From Macrostomum hystrix (taxonomy: Eukaryota > Animalia > Platyhelminthes): DNA of 64,000 nt. The first letter of the stretch is position 1, and the number at the start of each line of letters is the position of its first letter. The translations under genes were made by a program, and so were the position numbers. The stretch is from positions 5,022,001 through 5,086,000 of the forward strand of contig CATNEN010000024.1 in NCBI GenBank assembly GCA_950097015.1, in the 5' to 3' direction. The notes below the pieces were generated by a model, which was given only the letters and a program-made list of their open reading frames with translations, ran no database searches and was not told the origin of the DNA. Below, one piece after another: positions 23,001-47,169 of this stretch.

Positions 23001-24926
23001 TATCCCAGCTGATGCTGGTACCCATTTAACAGCTGGGTGAACTGAAGCAATGCAGAGTTAAGTGTCTTGCTAAAGGACACAAATTGTTCTAGTGGAGTCG
23101 GGAATCGAACCCCCGACCTTCAAGTCGTGAGTCCGACGCTCTAACCACTAGGCTACAACCTCTCTAAGAAAATAGACACAATGAAAATTAATTAAACAGA
23201 TGTACAGCCAGTGGCAACTATTGCACTGCGCATGCAAAGGCTGCGTGCAACTGTTCAGTCCATGGACTGTAAAGGCCGCCACACGCATTTTAGCAAACCA
23301 GCACTTAGCTGACAGCATGTTTTTAATATAGTCGAAATATCGCCAAATGAGACACGAGCCTCACCTTGATGCACTGAAACGTTCTTCGATCCCAGACCTT
23401 GATTGTGTTGTCGCGAAGGCCGCTAACAATCTTATCCTCGTCGTATTGCAGACAATAGACACCCTTGGATGCTTCGCTTTGGCACTGGATTTTATGTAGC
23501 CTATACTTGCCAGTGCGCCAATTGTTCTCAATGCGCTCAATGTCCTGTAGGATGCGCGGATAAAGCTGCCTATAATAGGAATTTTCCTTCGGTTGGGAAC
23601 CGCGCAGCGGTCTAAACAGGTCCTGCAGCCAGCCTTTACGCTCGGCCAGACCACGCCAGAGATTGTCGGAGCGAACCTGCAGCTCGATGAGCTTCTTCCA
23701 CAATAGGCCGTCGGCCACCACCCGGCGCCATTCGCGGCAAACTAATTCGGCAGATTTTAGCGACTCGGCGTCCAAATATGCGAGAATCTTCTCAGCCAGA
23801 TGGTCCAAGCCGCGGGCCGGCAGGGCGCTAATAAAGTCGCGCTGCAGCATTGGCGCCAGGAAGGCCTGAACCCGGCCGTGCTGGTAGTGCGTCATCTGCA
23901 CTAGCAGGGTCTCGACAAAATGAGCTTGCTCCTCCTCTGACCAGGTGGTGAAGCGCTGGGCGCAGCCTTTGCATTCCTCTATGTAGCGAGTAGATAACTC
24001 CTGGGTAACATGATAAAATTGTGTATAATAAGAATGCTATACTTTTGCTAACAATACAACTGAGTGTATAACAAATCTAATATAATGAAATGTAATATAA
24101 TACAAAAGAAATGTAACATCATTTTGAAACTGATAAAGATATGCATATATTCATAACCAGAGTTTTTCAATTTCATTATGTAACTAGATGTTTTAATTTA
24201 TTAATTTAATTTGTTTAAATGAATATAAAGCAAGTAAGATAGAGTTTTAGTAGACATAAAAATATTTATATCCTTCAATATATAGTAAAAAAATTAATAT
24301 GTAACATAAGGCAAAAAATTGATAGCTAATAATGCAAATTTATTGTCTAATGTCTAATAAAAACAATTCAATATAATTCTAACTAATGCACAAAACATGT
24401 TAAAACACTATCTATATTGAGACAATTTCAAGGTTTTTTTAATAAAACAGCTAGTTATATCAATTAAAAACATTATTCATAAATAAAGGTCCAAAAAAGT
24501 TAAAGATATATAAAATTATAATTTGTGATCATGCCTAAAAAAGTCTATGCACTATATGCACTACATTGCTTTGTTTGCCAAAAACATAGCTACTTTAGCT
24601 AAATCATGCAAAAAATATGCATATGCCTCCAGTATAGTGTAAACCATCCAGGACAGATACAAAAATATTTAAATAAAAAATACTACTATTTTTAGAAATT
24701 AAAATAAACATTCCAGGCTTTAAGTAAAAAACTAATTACATTTGTTAAAAAGTTGTTTAGGCCTTCAAATAAATTTGAATAAAATTAATTTATTCATAGC
24801 AAAAAATAAAGCCCTGTTGCTCTGGTAAAATTTAAAGAACAGACAAATATGGCTATCTATAAAAAAATTAATTACCTTTGAGTTGGTATCTATATATACC
24901 GATGTGTTGCCTTCTTCAGAATTCAT
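20096..24926 (-). CDS. BTRC: F-box/WD40 protein beta-TrCP (Slimb/FBXW1/11), at least 4 coding exons, about 534 aa
   Basis: Exons 24926-24876 (ATG exon, less certain), 24000-23365, 22215-21717, 20514-20096, phases consistent. D-domain [19 protein letters not shown]-box [22 protein letters not shown], and seven WD repeats ([25 protein letters not shown] ... [30 protein letters not shown]). Confidence 0.95.
20575..21680. repeat. 37-bp minisatellite (GGTAACCAGTTAGCAACCAGTGTGTTCTATTCTCCTT)n, about 30 copies, filling the last beta-TrCP intron
   Basis: Period of 37 measured directly (20717 to 20754). Confidence 0.95.
22859..23163 (-). mobile_element. Full-length tRNA-derived CORE-like SINE with target-site duplication
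   Basis: A-box TAGCCTAGTGG, B-box GGTTCGATTCC, CORE-like segment, (TTA)n tail, and a CTAAGAAAA direct repeat at 22850-22858 and 23164-23172. A second fragment lies at about 23200-23290. Confidence 0.9.
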
Positions 24927-27797
24927 ATAATTGTCTTGATCAATAGCACTAAACATAAATTAAGTACTTAGCAATATTTCCTATAGTGCTATCTATGCAG
25001 GTGGGCCTTTGCTGAAAGCTTTGATGTAAGATAGCTAGCTAGCTAACCTATATGTATAAGCAATATCAGGGAAATAGCTCTTCTTGAAAAATAGGTTTTA
25101 GTTTATAATCTTGAATGTTCTTAAAGCATAGAAGCTAGTATTTTAACTTTCTGATCCGTTTACACAATCTATTTCTAGAATTTCTTGTATTGTAAACAAA
25201 TCGATCTATCTATTACCCAAGAATTCAAGATTCTCTTAACTTTGGTACAATCTGTCTATGCAGTAGTGAACATAAGTAGAATAAAAACGAAATTCGTGCT
25301 TCAAAGAGGAATCTCACTAGCATACACAGGTAACAATTGTAGACACGTTGGCCCTAAGTGCTTGTCCTTCTTAAATGACTTTCATATAAACTTAATTAAG
25401 AAAATCAATTAAATTGAAATAATGTATCGATTCCTTGAACGACTACAGTAAAATAAATACTTTCTTACTTTAAAACTTTTTGGCAGTCTAAGCAGTACTA
25501 TTCAAAGAGACTTTTAAAACGTTTTACAGTCTCATCAAAATAGTATAAAAATTTATGAGTTCAGGAAAAACTATCTAGAGCTGATTTTTTGCTTTACATT
25601 TCAAATTAGGTGGACACGCACTATCACAGGTATGTATGCATAGCCCGTAAAAATTGCATAAGTTTACGGTTTTCCTATTGCAAGTGACACTGGGACGCGT
25701 ACAGGCGCGTATACGAGGTCATATGAATTTCGAAATTAACTAGCTCATACAATTTATACCCAAAGACAGTTTTTCTATTTATAGTTTTTATTTAATTATG
25801 TGAGTTTTATATGGAGCGCTTCCGAGTTAGGGAGCGCCACTCCGGGGATTTAGGGTTGCGGCCACCAATGATTTGGGGAGTTGTTCGACTGCAGTGTATT
25901 TACTCTGCAAAAATCGAGAGCACGTAATGCACGAGAGCACGAGACATTTGCGGAGTAGTAGACTACTCTAGTGCAGTAGTACAGTAGTAGTAGTGCAGTA
26001 GTACACTACTCCTAGTGCAGTGGTCCTTGGACATATGCATGTCCTGGGGAGGCGAAAAATACAACCCATTTGCATCACTTCGCAGACAAGCGACAGAGCT
26101 ATAGCTGCCCCACCTCGTTCCAGGAGGTAATAGGGCCGGGTTGTTTCGGCCGTCGTGTATCCGGCCACCCCAGATCCGCATGGGATCACACGCTGCTGGC
26201 TAGTCAAAATTTACATGCCGTATCCACACTGCCTGGTCCCATTTCGTGGAATGACTTGCTTTCATGCTGCAGCACTCACCAAACCAGACTGGAGACGGTA
26301 GCGGGTTATTGGAGTATACGTGTTTATACTGTACATATGCAGCAGTCCTTTTTGCTGGTTAGAAATTCGACTCTACACGTGTCTCATCTCTCTCCCCCTC
26401 TCTCTAGTTGTCTTCTATTCGGGTCGGTTTCTGCCTGGCAGCTGACGATTCAAATATTGGCTAAGAGCTATAGTCAGTGACTATTCAATGGCAGTGCAGG
26501 CTATTATATACGAAGGAGCTCAATGGATTACTGAGCTTAAGATGCGCATGTATTTCTACAGACTCCAATGAAGAGCTTGGAAGTACCTTACAGTATTACA
26601 GATGCTCTGGTTAGGCTGGTATAAATATCAGGATTTTCGTTTTGGATACATGATACATACTATATGTGCAATAATACGAGCGTAATATTAAAATTTATAC
26701 AAATTTAGTGTGAAGAACACAAAATTGTGCAGATTATTTCTGTTCAGAATTGTGCTCAAGGAAACGAAAGCAACAAACCCATGGTGGATCCTTTAACAAA
26801 TTTACATTCCTGCAACTCCTCTGAGTTAAAAATTGATCGATAAAAGCACGAGACGGAAGCAGATAAAGCGTAAAATTCGTTCCGGGTCTCATTCCAGAAC
26901 GCCTTAGTCTTGTATGCGCCTAAGCTGTCAAGTGAAACGGGAGCCCCGGTCTAGGCGAATTGGTGATTCGCATCGTGAGCAAGAAACTTTGCAGCTGAGT
27001 GCATGGTTCTTTCATATCAGCTCTCAGTTGATGCGACCGCGCCCTATGAAAAACTCCAGTCCTAGCTCATTGGGTTCAGTAAAGCACACGCGCAATGGAT
27101 GAGACAAACAGTTTGCAACCGCATCAAGCCGTGTAATGCCACTGTGGAGTGAGTTGAGTGCGTGTCGGCCCAACCCTGCCTTCGCCCAGACCAGTAACTG
27201 ATTCTACCCTTTTAAGGGGGGTCAGAAAGACTGGCTAGAGGAAAGAGGGAGCTTGGAATTTCCCGGGAGGCATAGAGATCTCTCCTTCAACTCACAGCCT
27301 CCCTCGTACCGCATCCATCCTCTCTCGTCACCGCTATCGGCTCCAAATCCCGTCTCGCAGCCACCCCCTCCGCCTGCCCTCTCTCAATTTTCTTCCCACT
27401 CCCCAGTCGTGCAGTCTCCCTCCGGCAAAATTAAAAGAAAGAAAAATAGTGAGCTGCCGGGAGGTACACTTTTTTGCTGGCTTGTCCCGCCCTTTCTTTC
27501 TTGCTTCCCCAAGCCAACTGAGCCTCCGCCCAAAAGCTCCCCAACCTCACCCGCTTTCTTTCACATCTCTTCGTCTCTCTGCATGACGCGCAGCTTTAGA
27601 CGGGTCTCTTTTCTCATTCTCGCCGCAATTCAAGCTTAAGCATGTCTCCGGGGACCGCGGCCCGTCAGCCAGTCACCCACGCCAGTCAACTAGGCCGAGG
27701 CAAATTAGCTGCGCTCCGCTGTTCCGCTATTTAGCAAATTCACATCGGTTCTATAGACTGGGCAGATCGCAGAGTGTTTTGCAATCGCTGGCAGAGC

Positions 27798-29282
27798 ATG
27801 GCGCGGGTAGCGCAAGCCACACACGCGCTAAAGCAGGTTCTTGGTCTCGTGAAGCGCTGGTCTTTGAAGCTGATTCGCCTGGCCGTGCTGGGGCTCGTCC
27901 GGTTCTCCATGTACTGCTGCATCAGCCTGCTGGGCTTTGTCGTACTGCTCACACTGCTGGCTTTCGCGTTTACCGTCTACTCCGTGATACGCTACGGACG
28001 GATTAACAACAACGCCATCGATCCCGGCTTGGACGAGTCGGACTTGGACCCGGAGGCCGGCTACCAATACGAAGCGATGCAGCGCAACCCAATGTTCCTG
28101 CGCCGGCAGCACCTGAAGCCGTTTCGCTATCGCGCCAGTTCTGGCTCAGCTGGGAAACCGTACGGCGACACGGAGAACCTGGTGAAGTCCAGCGACTTCA
28201 TCGCCGACTACGATCCCTTCGCGGCCGTCGATTTGTCTCTGCAGGCGGCGCAGCAGCCAGACGAGCAGACGCTACTGATGAAGGAGCCAGCCGCTAGTAT
28301 AGTCCGGGTTGCACTGAAGGTGACAGACGAGGATGCCGACAAGCAACTGTCGCCGGATTCTCGTCAGACTCAGGCGGCTCTGCGCAGCTTGGAGGAGGCG
28401 GCCCGCACAGCCTGCCAGAATTCGCACCGCGGAGTTCAGTCGAATCCCTTCGCCAGGGTTGAGTATCGAATTATCGAGCGCAAGCTGTGCAACGGCGAGG
28501 TGGCCATCCTCATTTACGTGCACTCGCACTTTTCGCATCTGCCTCGGCGGCAGCTCATTCGCAACACCTACGGATCTCTGTCGAACGTACACGGCACGCC
28601 TGTACGCCTAGTGTTTATCGTCGGCCTGCCGAGCTCACCGGATCAGGAGGAGCTGCTGTTCAGGGAGAGTGCCATCTATCGCGACATCATCGTAGGCGGC
28701 TTTCCAGAGCGGAGGTCCAACCTTCTGCTGAAGAGCTACCTGGCGCTTCACTGGATTGTCAACTACTGCCCTGGCGCGCAGTACGCCGTGAAACTTGACG
28801 ACGATACCTTTCTGGATATTGTGCACTTGACGCACTTCCTGCGCGCTCTACCGGACACTGGTGGCGTTGAAGGCGATGACTTTCTGTACTGCGCCGTGAC
28901 GTCTAACAGAAGCCCGGTGCGCCGGGCAAAGAGCCGCTGGTATGTGCCGTACTCGGACTGGATATTCAACAAGTTCCCGCCCTACTGCCAAGGCTTCGGC
29001 TACGTGCTGTCCCGCGGCGCAATCGCCAGGATTCTGGGCTGCAGCCAGAGCCTGCACGCAGTCCGTCTGGACGATGTGCACTTCACCGGCGTGGTGACTA
29101 AGTACGCCAAGCTGCGCCAGGTGGACTTCTGGAAGGGTCACGCCTTCGTCTGGATGGAGCCGTCGAATGCTGCTCCGCCCACGCTTAACGATTTCATATT
29201 CTTTGCCTCGAAGAACAATGTAGTGCAGGACTACCTGTGGAAGCGCGCGTGGAAGAGCGCCGTCACCCGGATGTACTTGTGA
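27798..29282 (+). CDS. GT31-family beta-1,3-galactosyltransferase-like type II membrane protein, single exon
   Basis: N-terminal TM (ISLLGFVVLLTLLAFAFTVY). Galactosyl_T motifs IRNTYG, ESAIYRDII, NLLLKS, YAVKLDDDTF (DxD), FPPYCQGFGYVLS, LDDVHFTG. First ATG at 27798. Confidence 0.9.
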   Translation: MARVAQATHALKQVLGLVKRWSLKLIRLAVLGLVRFSMYCCISLLGFVVLLTLLAFAFTVYSVIRYGRINNNAIDPGLDESDLDPEAGYQYEAMQRNPMFLRRQHLKPFRYRASSGSAGKPYGDTENLVKSSDFIADYDPFAAVDLSLQAAQQPDEQTLLMKEPAASIVRVALKVTDEDADKQLSPDSRQTQAALRSLEEAARTACQNSHRGVQSNPFARVEYRIIERKLCNGEVAILIYVHSHFSHLPRRQLIRNTYGSLSNVHGTPVRLVFIVGLPSSPDQEELLFRESAIYRDIIVGGFPERRSNLLLKSYLALHWIVNYCPGAQYAVKLDDDTFLDIVHLTHFLRALPDTGGVEGDDFLYCAVTSNRSPVRRAKSRWYVPYSDWIFNKFPPYCQGFGYVLSRGAIARILGCSQSLHAVRLDDVHFTGVVTKYAKLRQVDFWKGHAFVWMEPSNAAPPTLNDFIFFASKNNVVQDYLWKRAWKSAVTRMYL

Positions 29283-29759
29283 GGCTGACAGCTTTCTAAG
29301 CTCAACGGAACTGCTCGCCTATGTAAAAGTAAATGCAGTTTAGATTGTTTGCTCGAATATGGACAGAAGCCAAACATTTTATGGTATCTTGAAGTAAGTA
29401 GGCTGTGACACGTATGTGACATGTGACACCGGGCCAGTATTAGTGAACGAAGCTAAAGGTGGTACATTCCAAAGCTTGGAAAGTTTTTAATGCAAAGCAT
29501 GTAAGTGTGGCTTTTCACCGAACATACCGCCTTTATTGCTTAGTAATTACTATAGGAATATAGTAAAGAATATTTTTTTACTTAATGCTTAGACAATAGG
29601 ATGAAAGTATCGCTATTGTCAATCTAAATGATAATTTGGACATTCAAAACGATAATGTCTATGGTCTCAGCTATTCGGCCATAGACTTAAGGACATACAA
29701 AATGAGAAAGCGGCAATCAAAACGAGAATTAGGAAGGCAAAACAGTCTAACGATCAAAC

Positions 29760-30330
29760 AGTTGAGTGGACGAGCCCAAAATCTGCAGAGATGGCCATGC
29801 AGACGGTGATGTTAAGCCCCCCTTGAGTGGTTACGGTTCATTACCGTCTGTCCCTTGGTTGAGCGGCCTTGGGAGCGCTTAAGCCAAAGGTTGAATCCCG
29901 TCTCATCAAGGTAGACGGTGTGAACTGCAGGATCCAGATGTAGCATAAAATTCGCGCACTCTCTCCGGGCCTGCAGGTTTTCATTGGTGTTAGTTGCCAG
30001 GCTCACTGCAGTATACACATCATTCCGTGCAGCATCCTATCCACAGTTTTGCAGCTGAACTGGGGCTTTTGTGGGAGCTCGGGTGGAAAACGGGTTTTGC
30101 TCCAGCTTGTTCTGAAGGCAAGCCTTCATCTCCTCGTCCACTTTGCATTTGCTCTCCTTTTTACCACCTCTTGATAACGCTTGAACCCTTCCTTCCTGCG
30201 TATGCGCTCGTATATGCTGCGGCTTTTAGTGTTGCCCGTTGCTCTATAATAGCAGTCACCAAGCGTTGCCTGTCGACTGAGGATTTTGGTGGGGGCATTT
30301 GAAAAACAGCAACAAGAAATAGCTATGAAA
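29760..30330 (-). mobile_element. Decayed IS630/Tc1-superfamily transposase remnant
   Basis: Frameshifted pieces: VQALSRGGK..KVDEEMKACLQNKLEQNP, VSCKTVDRMLHGM, NTNENLQARRE, VYLDETGFNLWLKRSQGRSTKG (first catalytic D). Confidence 0.7.
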
Positions 30331-30489
30331 GAAGCGAGAGAAAACCAAACAGTCGGAGAGCAAGGCAAGGGAGTTTTCCTTCCCTTCCGAGTTTTATCAT
30401 TTTGGAATTGTCTCTAGTCTATGGTCGAAAGGGTGAATTTTCTTCTGAGTGCCTGAATTTATTCTCGTTTTGAATGCCCCTTTCTCGTT

Positions 30490-30490
<1 letters not shown>

Positions 30491-30523
<33 letters not shown>

Positions 30524-30813
30524 GAATTGATTACACCTGCCCTAATTGGGTCAGATGTGCAGCCGACAGCACAGCCGCAGCTAATGCGTGGCGCATCTGA
30601 AGGCTGCGTACAGCTGTTCAGTCCACGGACTGGGGGGACGCCACACCCACCTTCAATTATCCCAGCTGATGCTGATACCCATTTAACAGCTGGTTGAACT
30701 GAAGCAATGCAGAGTTAAGTGTCTTGCTAAAGGACGCAAATTGTTCCAGTGGAGTCGGGAATCGAACCCCCGACCTTCAAGTCGTGAGTCCGACGCCCTA
30801 ACCACTAGGCTAC
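30491..30813 (-). mobile_element. tRNA-derived CORE-like SINE with a long (TTA)n tail
   Basis: Highly similar to 22859-23163, with A- and B-boxes intact. Confidence 0.9.
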
Positions 30814-31401
30814 AACCTCTACAACCTATGAATGTCCAAATTATCATTTAGATTGACTAAAGCTATAGCACAAACTCTGCAAACTTTTCCCTAGGCATGG
30901 CTGATTGTTAAACAGTTCACTAACTGTTTAACATCCGGATTGCTTACTAATGAAGCAGTGACGATTTTTTATGAACTAATCTTTGCGTTATCTGGATCAC
31001 ACGAAGCACCTAAAAATTATGTAAACATAGCTTAATTATGTTCATATTACTTGTTCACCTGTTTGTTTCTGCTAAAAGTTCACACAAAATGCCTTAGTAT
31101 GACTATGCGTAAAATCTGATGCCACTCGTAAAGAAAAAATGCACAGCCAGTAATTTGACTCTTTCATGCAGTTTAATGTGCTCATTTTTCTTTGCCTACT
31201 GATAATTTATAAACCACACTTTTAATCACTTGTCGCCCTTGACTAGCGTGCCAAATGTGGCACAACGAGTCTTAATTGAAACATTCAATGCAGAAATTAG
31301 CATGTAATAATTGTGTTGCCATCATGTGCAACTCTCTAACAGAAGATACTGCAGCAAGCGACTGCTTCATCATTTTTCCGACAAAAGACAGCGAGCAGAT
31401 A

Positions 31402-31732
31402 TTAGCCTTGGTGCATCACCTGTTCTGCTTGGATGCTGTAGAGATGCTAGCCTAGGTGCATCACCTGTTCTGTTTGGATGCTGTAGAGATGCTAGCCTAG
31501 GTGCATCACCTGTTCTGCTTGGATGCTGTAGAGATGCTAGCCTAGGTGCATCACCTGTTCTGTTTGGATGCTGTAGAGATGCTAGCCTAGGTGCATCACC
31601 TGTTCTGCTTGGATGCTGTAGAGATGCTAGCCTAGGTGCATCACCTGTTCTGCTTGGATGCTGTAGAGATGCTAGCCTAGGTGCATCACCTGTTCTGTTT
31701 GGATGCTGTAGAGATGCTAGCCTAGGTGCATC
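31402..31732. repeat. 45-bp tandem repeat (about 7 copies), 420 bp upstream of TEP-A
   Basis: tagcctaggtgcatcacctgttctg(c/t)ttggatgctgtagagatgc repeated. Confidence 0.95.
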
Positions 31733-32151
31733 ACATTTTTGAGGACTCAGAAAAAAATTGGAACGGTTCGTGCTATGATAAGAAAAATTGAAGTGGCTAA
31801 ATTAAACGATAGGCAAGTTTGTTTTGCGATATTCCTACCGCTGAAAAAAGATTTTTTCAATGTTTACGTAAAAAATAAAAAGTACATATGCACTCGTAAC
31901 GAAACATGTACAAAATTTTTATATTTCGCGTAGACTATTTTTTCAAATCGATAACACCCCACCCCATGATTGAACTGCGATTGCTAGGGCTTTAGTCTAA
32001 AACAGATTTCGTATATAAACCAATTCAAATTAGTTTCTGCGTGGAACATCGACAATCATAAACTGAAAAGTAGACGCCAGGTTTTGATCTGTGCAACATA
32101 CTTTTGAAATAACATTCTACATTAAACAGCATCGGCAGACGCTGCAAGGCA

Positions 32152-45273
<13,122 letters not shown>

Positions 45274-45744
45274 TGCTTCTCCGCTGCTCTGAGGGCCAGT
45301 GCCATGCTGACAAGAAATGAGAGTTACAGTCAAAAAATATTTTTTCTTCTAATCGCAATGCTTCAAACGTAATAATTTTTATTTGAAAATTTATGCTCTG
45401 AAATTATTCGTGTTCTTTAGTGACCAAATGGGATTCTCACTGAATGCTAATGATCGTCTGAAATAAACAAAACTATTATTTAATTTCCATTACTATATAA
45501 TGTTACTTGATTTTCTTTATTTTTTTGCTTCATTTGCCGATCGAAATAACATTTGCATGAATATTTTTTATAGAGAAGTAGTTAGAGCGGACATGTAGCT
45601 TGTACATAACTTTGAAAATATTATTGTTGACTATGTTAAAAATAGTATGCGAAGCAAACTCTCTATTGGCTGTGTAGTGTCTAGGTTGTTGTGTAATTAG
45701 TATTTCATTGTGTTAATGTGTTCTTTATTAGGAACCATGTTTTC

Positions 45745-45920
45745 TATTGGGTACTGTGCAGTTCATTAGGTACTGTGCAGTTCATTGGGTACTGTGCAGT
45801 TCATTGGGTACTGTGCAGTTCATTGGGTACTGTGCAGTTCATTGGGTACTGTGCAGTTCATTGGGTACTGTGCAGTTCATTGGGTACTGTGCAGTTCATT
45901 GGGTACTGTGCAGTTCATTC
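45745..45920. repeat. 19-bp tandem repeat (TTCATTGGGTACTGTGCAG)n, about 9 copies, in the palindrome spacer
   Basis: Direct repeats. Confidence 0.95.
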
Positions 45921-46011
45921 TTACTCCATAGTTTATTGTATATACTGTATATTTCCCGAATGTGCTGGCAGATGTCAGCCGCGCACAAAGACCTCATCAT
46001 CAGCGCAGATG

Positions 46012-46481
46012 TCAGCCGCGCACAAAGACCTTATCATCAAGGCCAATTAATCCAGCAGTGATCTGAGCCATGAAGAATTTGCACAGCCAATTCAGCTTGT
46101 AGAAAATGGCAGAATGGCAGCCAGCAACGGAGCACCTTTCTGGGTTGCAGTTGCAGTTGCAGTCATTGCTACAACTCGCTCTGATTGGCAGCCCATAGCG
46201 ACCGTACGCAGCAGTAGCACTGGCTGCTGAATTGTACACCAAAGTACTGGAAGTAGAACAGAGAGCAGATGCGGCTGGATAATTCCAGCGAATTGACTGT
46301 GGTTGCCAGGGTGCCATCGCCGCTCACTGGGTAGCTCTCGATTATCGTCAGTCCGTCCAGATCTCTGCGCATCGTGTCGTTGTAGCAGCCGGCGTAGCTG
46401 AAGCTGAGCTGAGCATTTGAGAAGCAGCAGAAGCAGCAGGGAGACTACAATGGGCTTCATTATTCGCTGAAATCCTGACAT
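46012..46481 (-). pseudogene. Secreted single-WSC-domain protein gene with two frameshifts
   Basis: Signal peptide MKPIVVSLLLLLLLKCSA, then a +1 shift to FSYAGCYNDTMRRDLDG...NSLELSSRICSLFYFQYFGVQFSSQCYC, then a +1 shift to AYGRYGLPIRASCSNDCNCNCNPERC..HSAIFYKL. This follows the WSC pattern (YxGCY..DL..C...C....Y.GVQ....CYCG..YG.YG..C...C.....C.....IY). Confidence 0.75.
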
Positions 46482-47169
46482 CTTGGCTTCTTCCTAAGAT
46501 TTCTGCCCCTAGCAGAGCACTAATCCACTTTTAAGTTTTCCCCTCTTCTGTCCACAGAAAACTGGTTCAAGCTGGTTTCGTGTCTCCTCTAGAATGACAA
46601 TAGTCCAGGTTGAGAAAATATGAGAAAGGCAAGAGAGAGAGAGAAGAGAAGGGCAAGCGCCCGCGGTTGCCAAACTCACACTTGGAATAATTCATAGGCT
46701 TCTGCCAACATAGAATCAGCCGCCCGACATTTAGAGTCTCTTATAAAAGTGGATGCAGAAAAGAAATTACTAGTCTTTTACTTGAATGCTGGCCTGCTGG
46801 CATATCCCAGAATCTGGACAGGTAGTGACAGATAAAAACCGATGGACAACTGAATTCTAGAGTACAAAATCGGTGAAAAACGCATTAAAAAAATGGTCGA
46901 AAAGTCGAAGCAATTCAGTACGTTTGATTTGATTTCTGGCCACTGGTGCATTTGATAAAAACTACTAATCAAATCGATTGTATTTTTTTATTAACGACAG
47001 CATTTTAAACATTGTCCTTTATGCAGCCGATATTGAGCTCCGATCTTTAAAAAGTGCAACTGAGTCCCAATTGCTCACTGCTCACCAATACGCGAAGCTG
47101 AGAGCAGAAAATGGGTGCGACAAGCGATCCAGATTCAGTCTGACACGACCGGGCAATTCAGCCAATTGG

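Noticed and set aside
23085-23157. tRNA gene (A-box and B-box present); likewise at 30740-30813, 17961-18020 and 63334-63385
   Set aside because: The acceptor and anticodon stems are not intact, and each continues into the same SINE body and tail.
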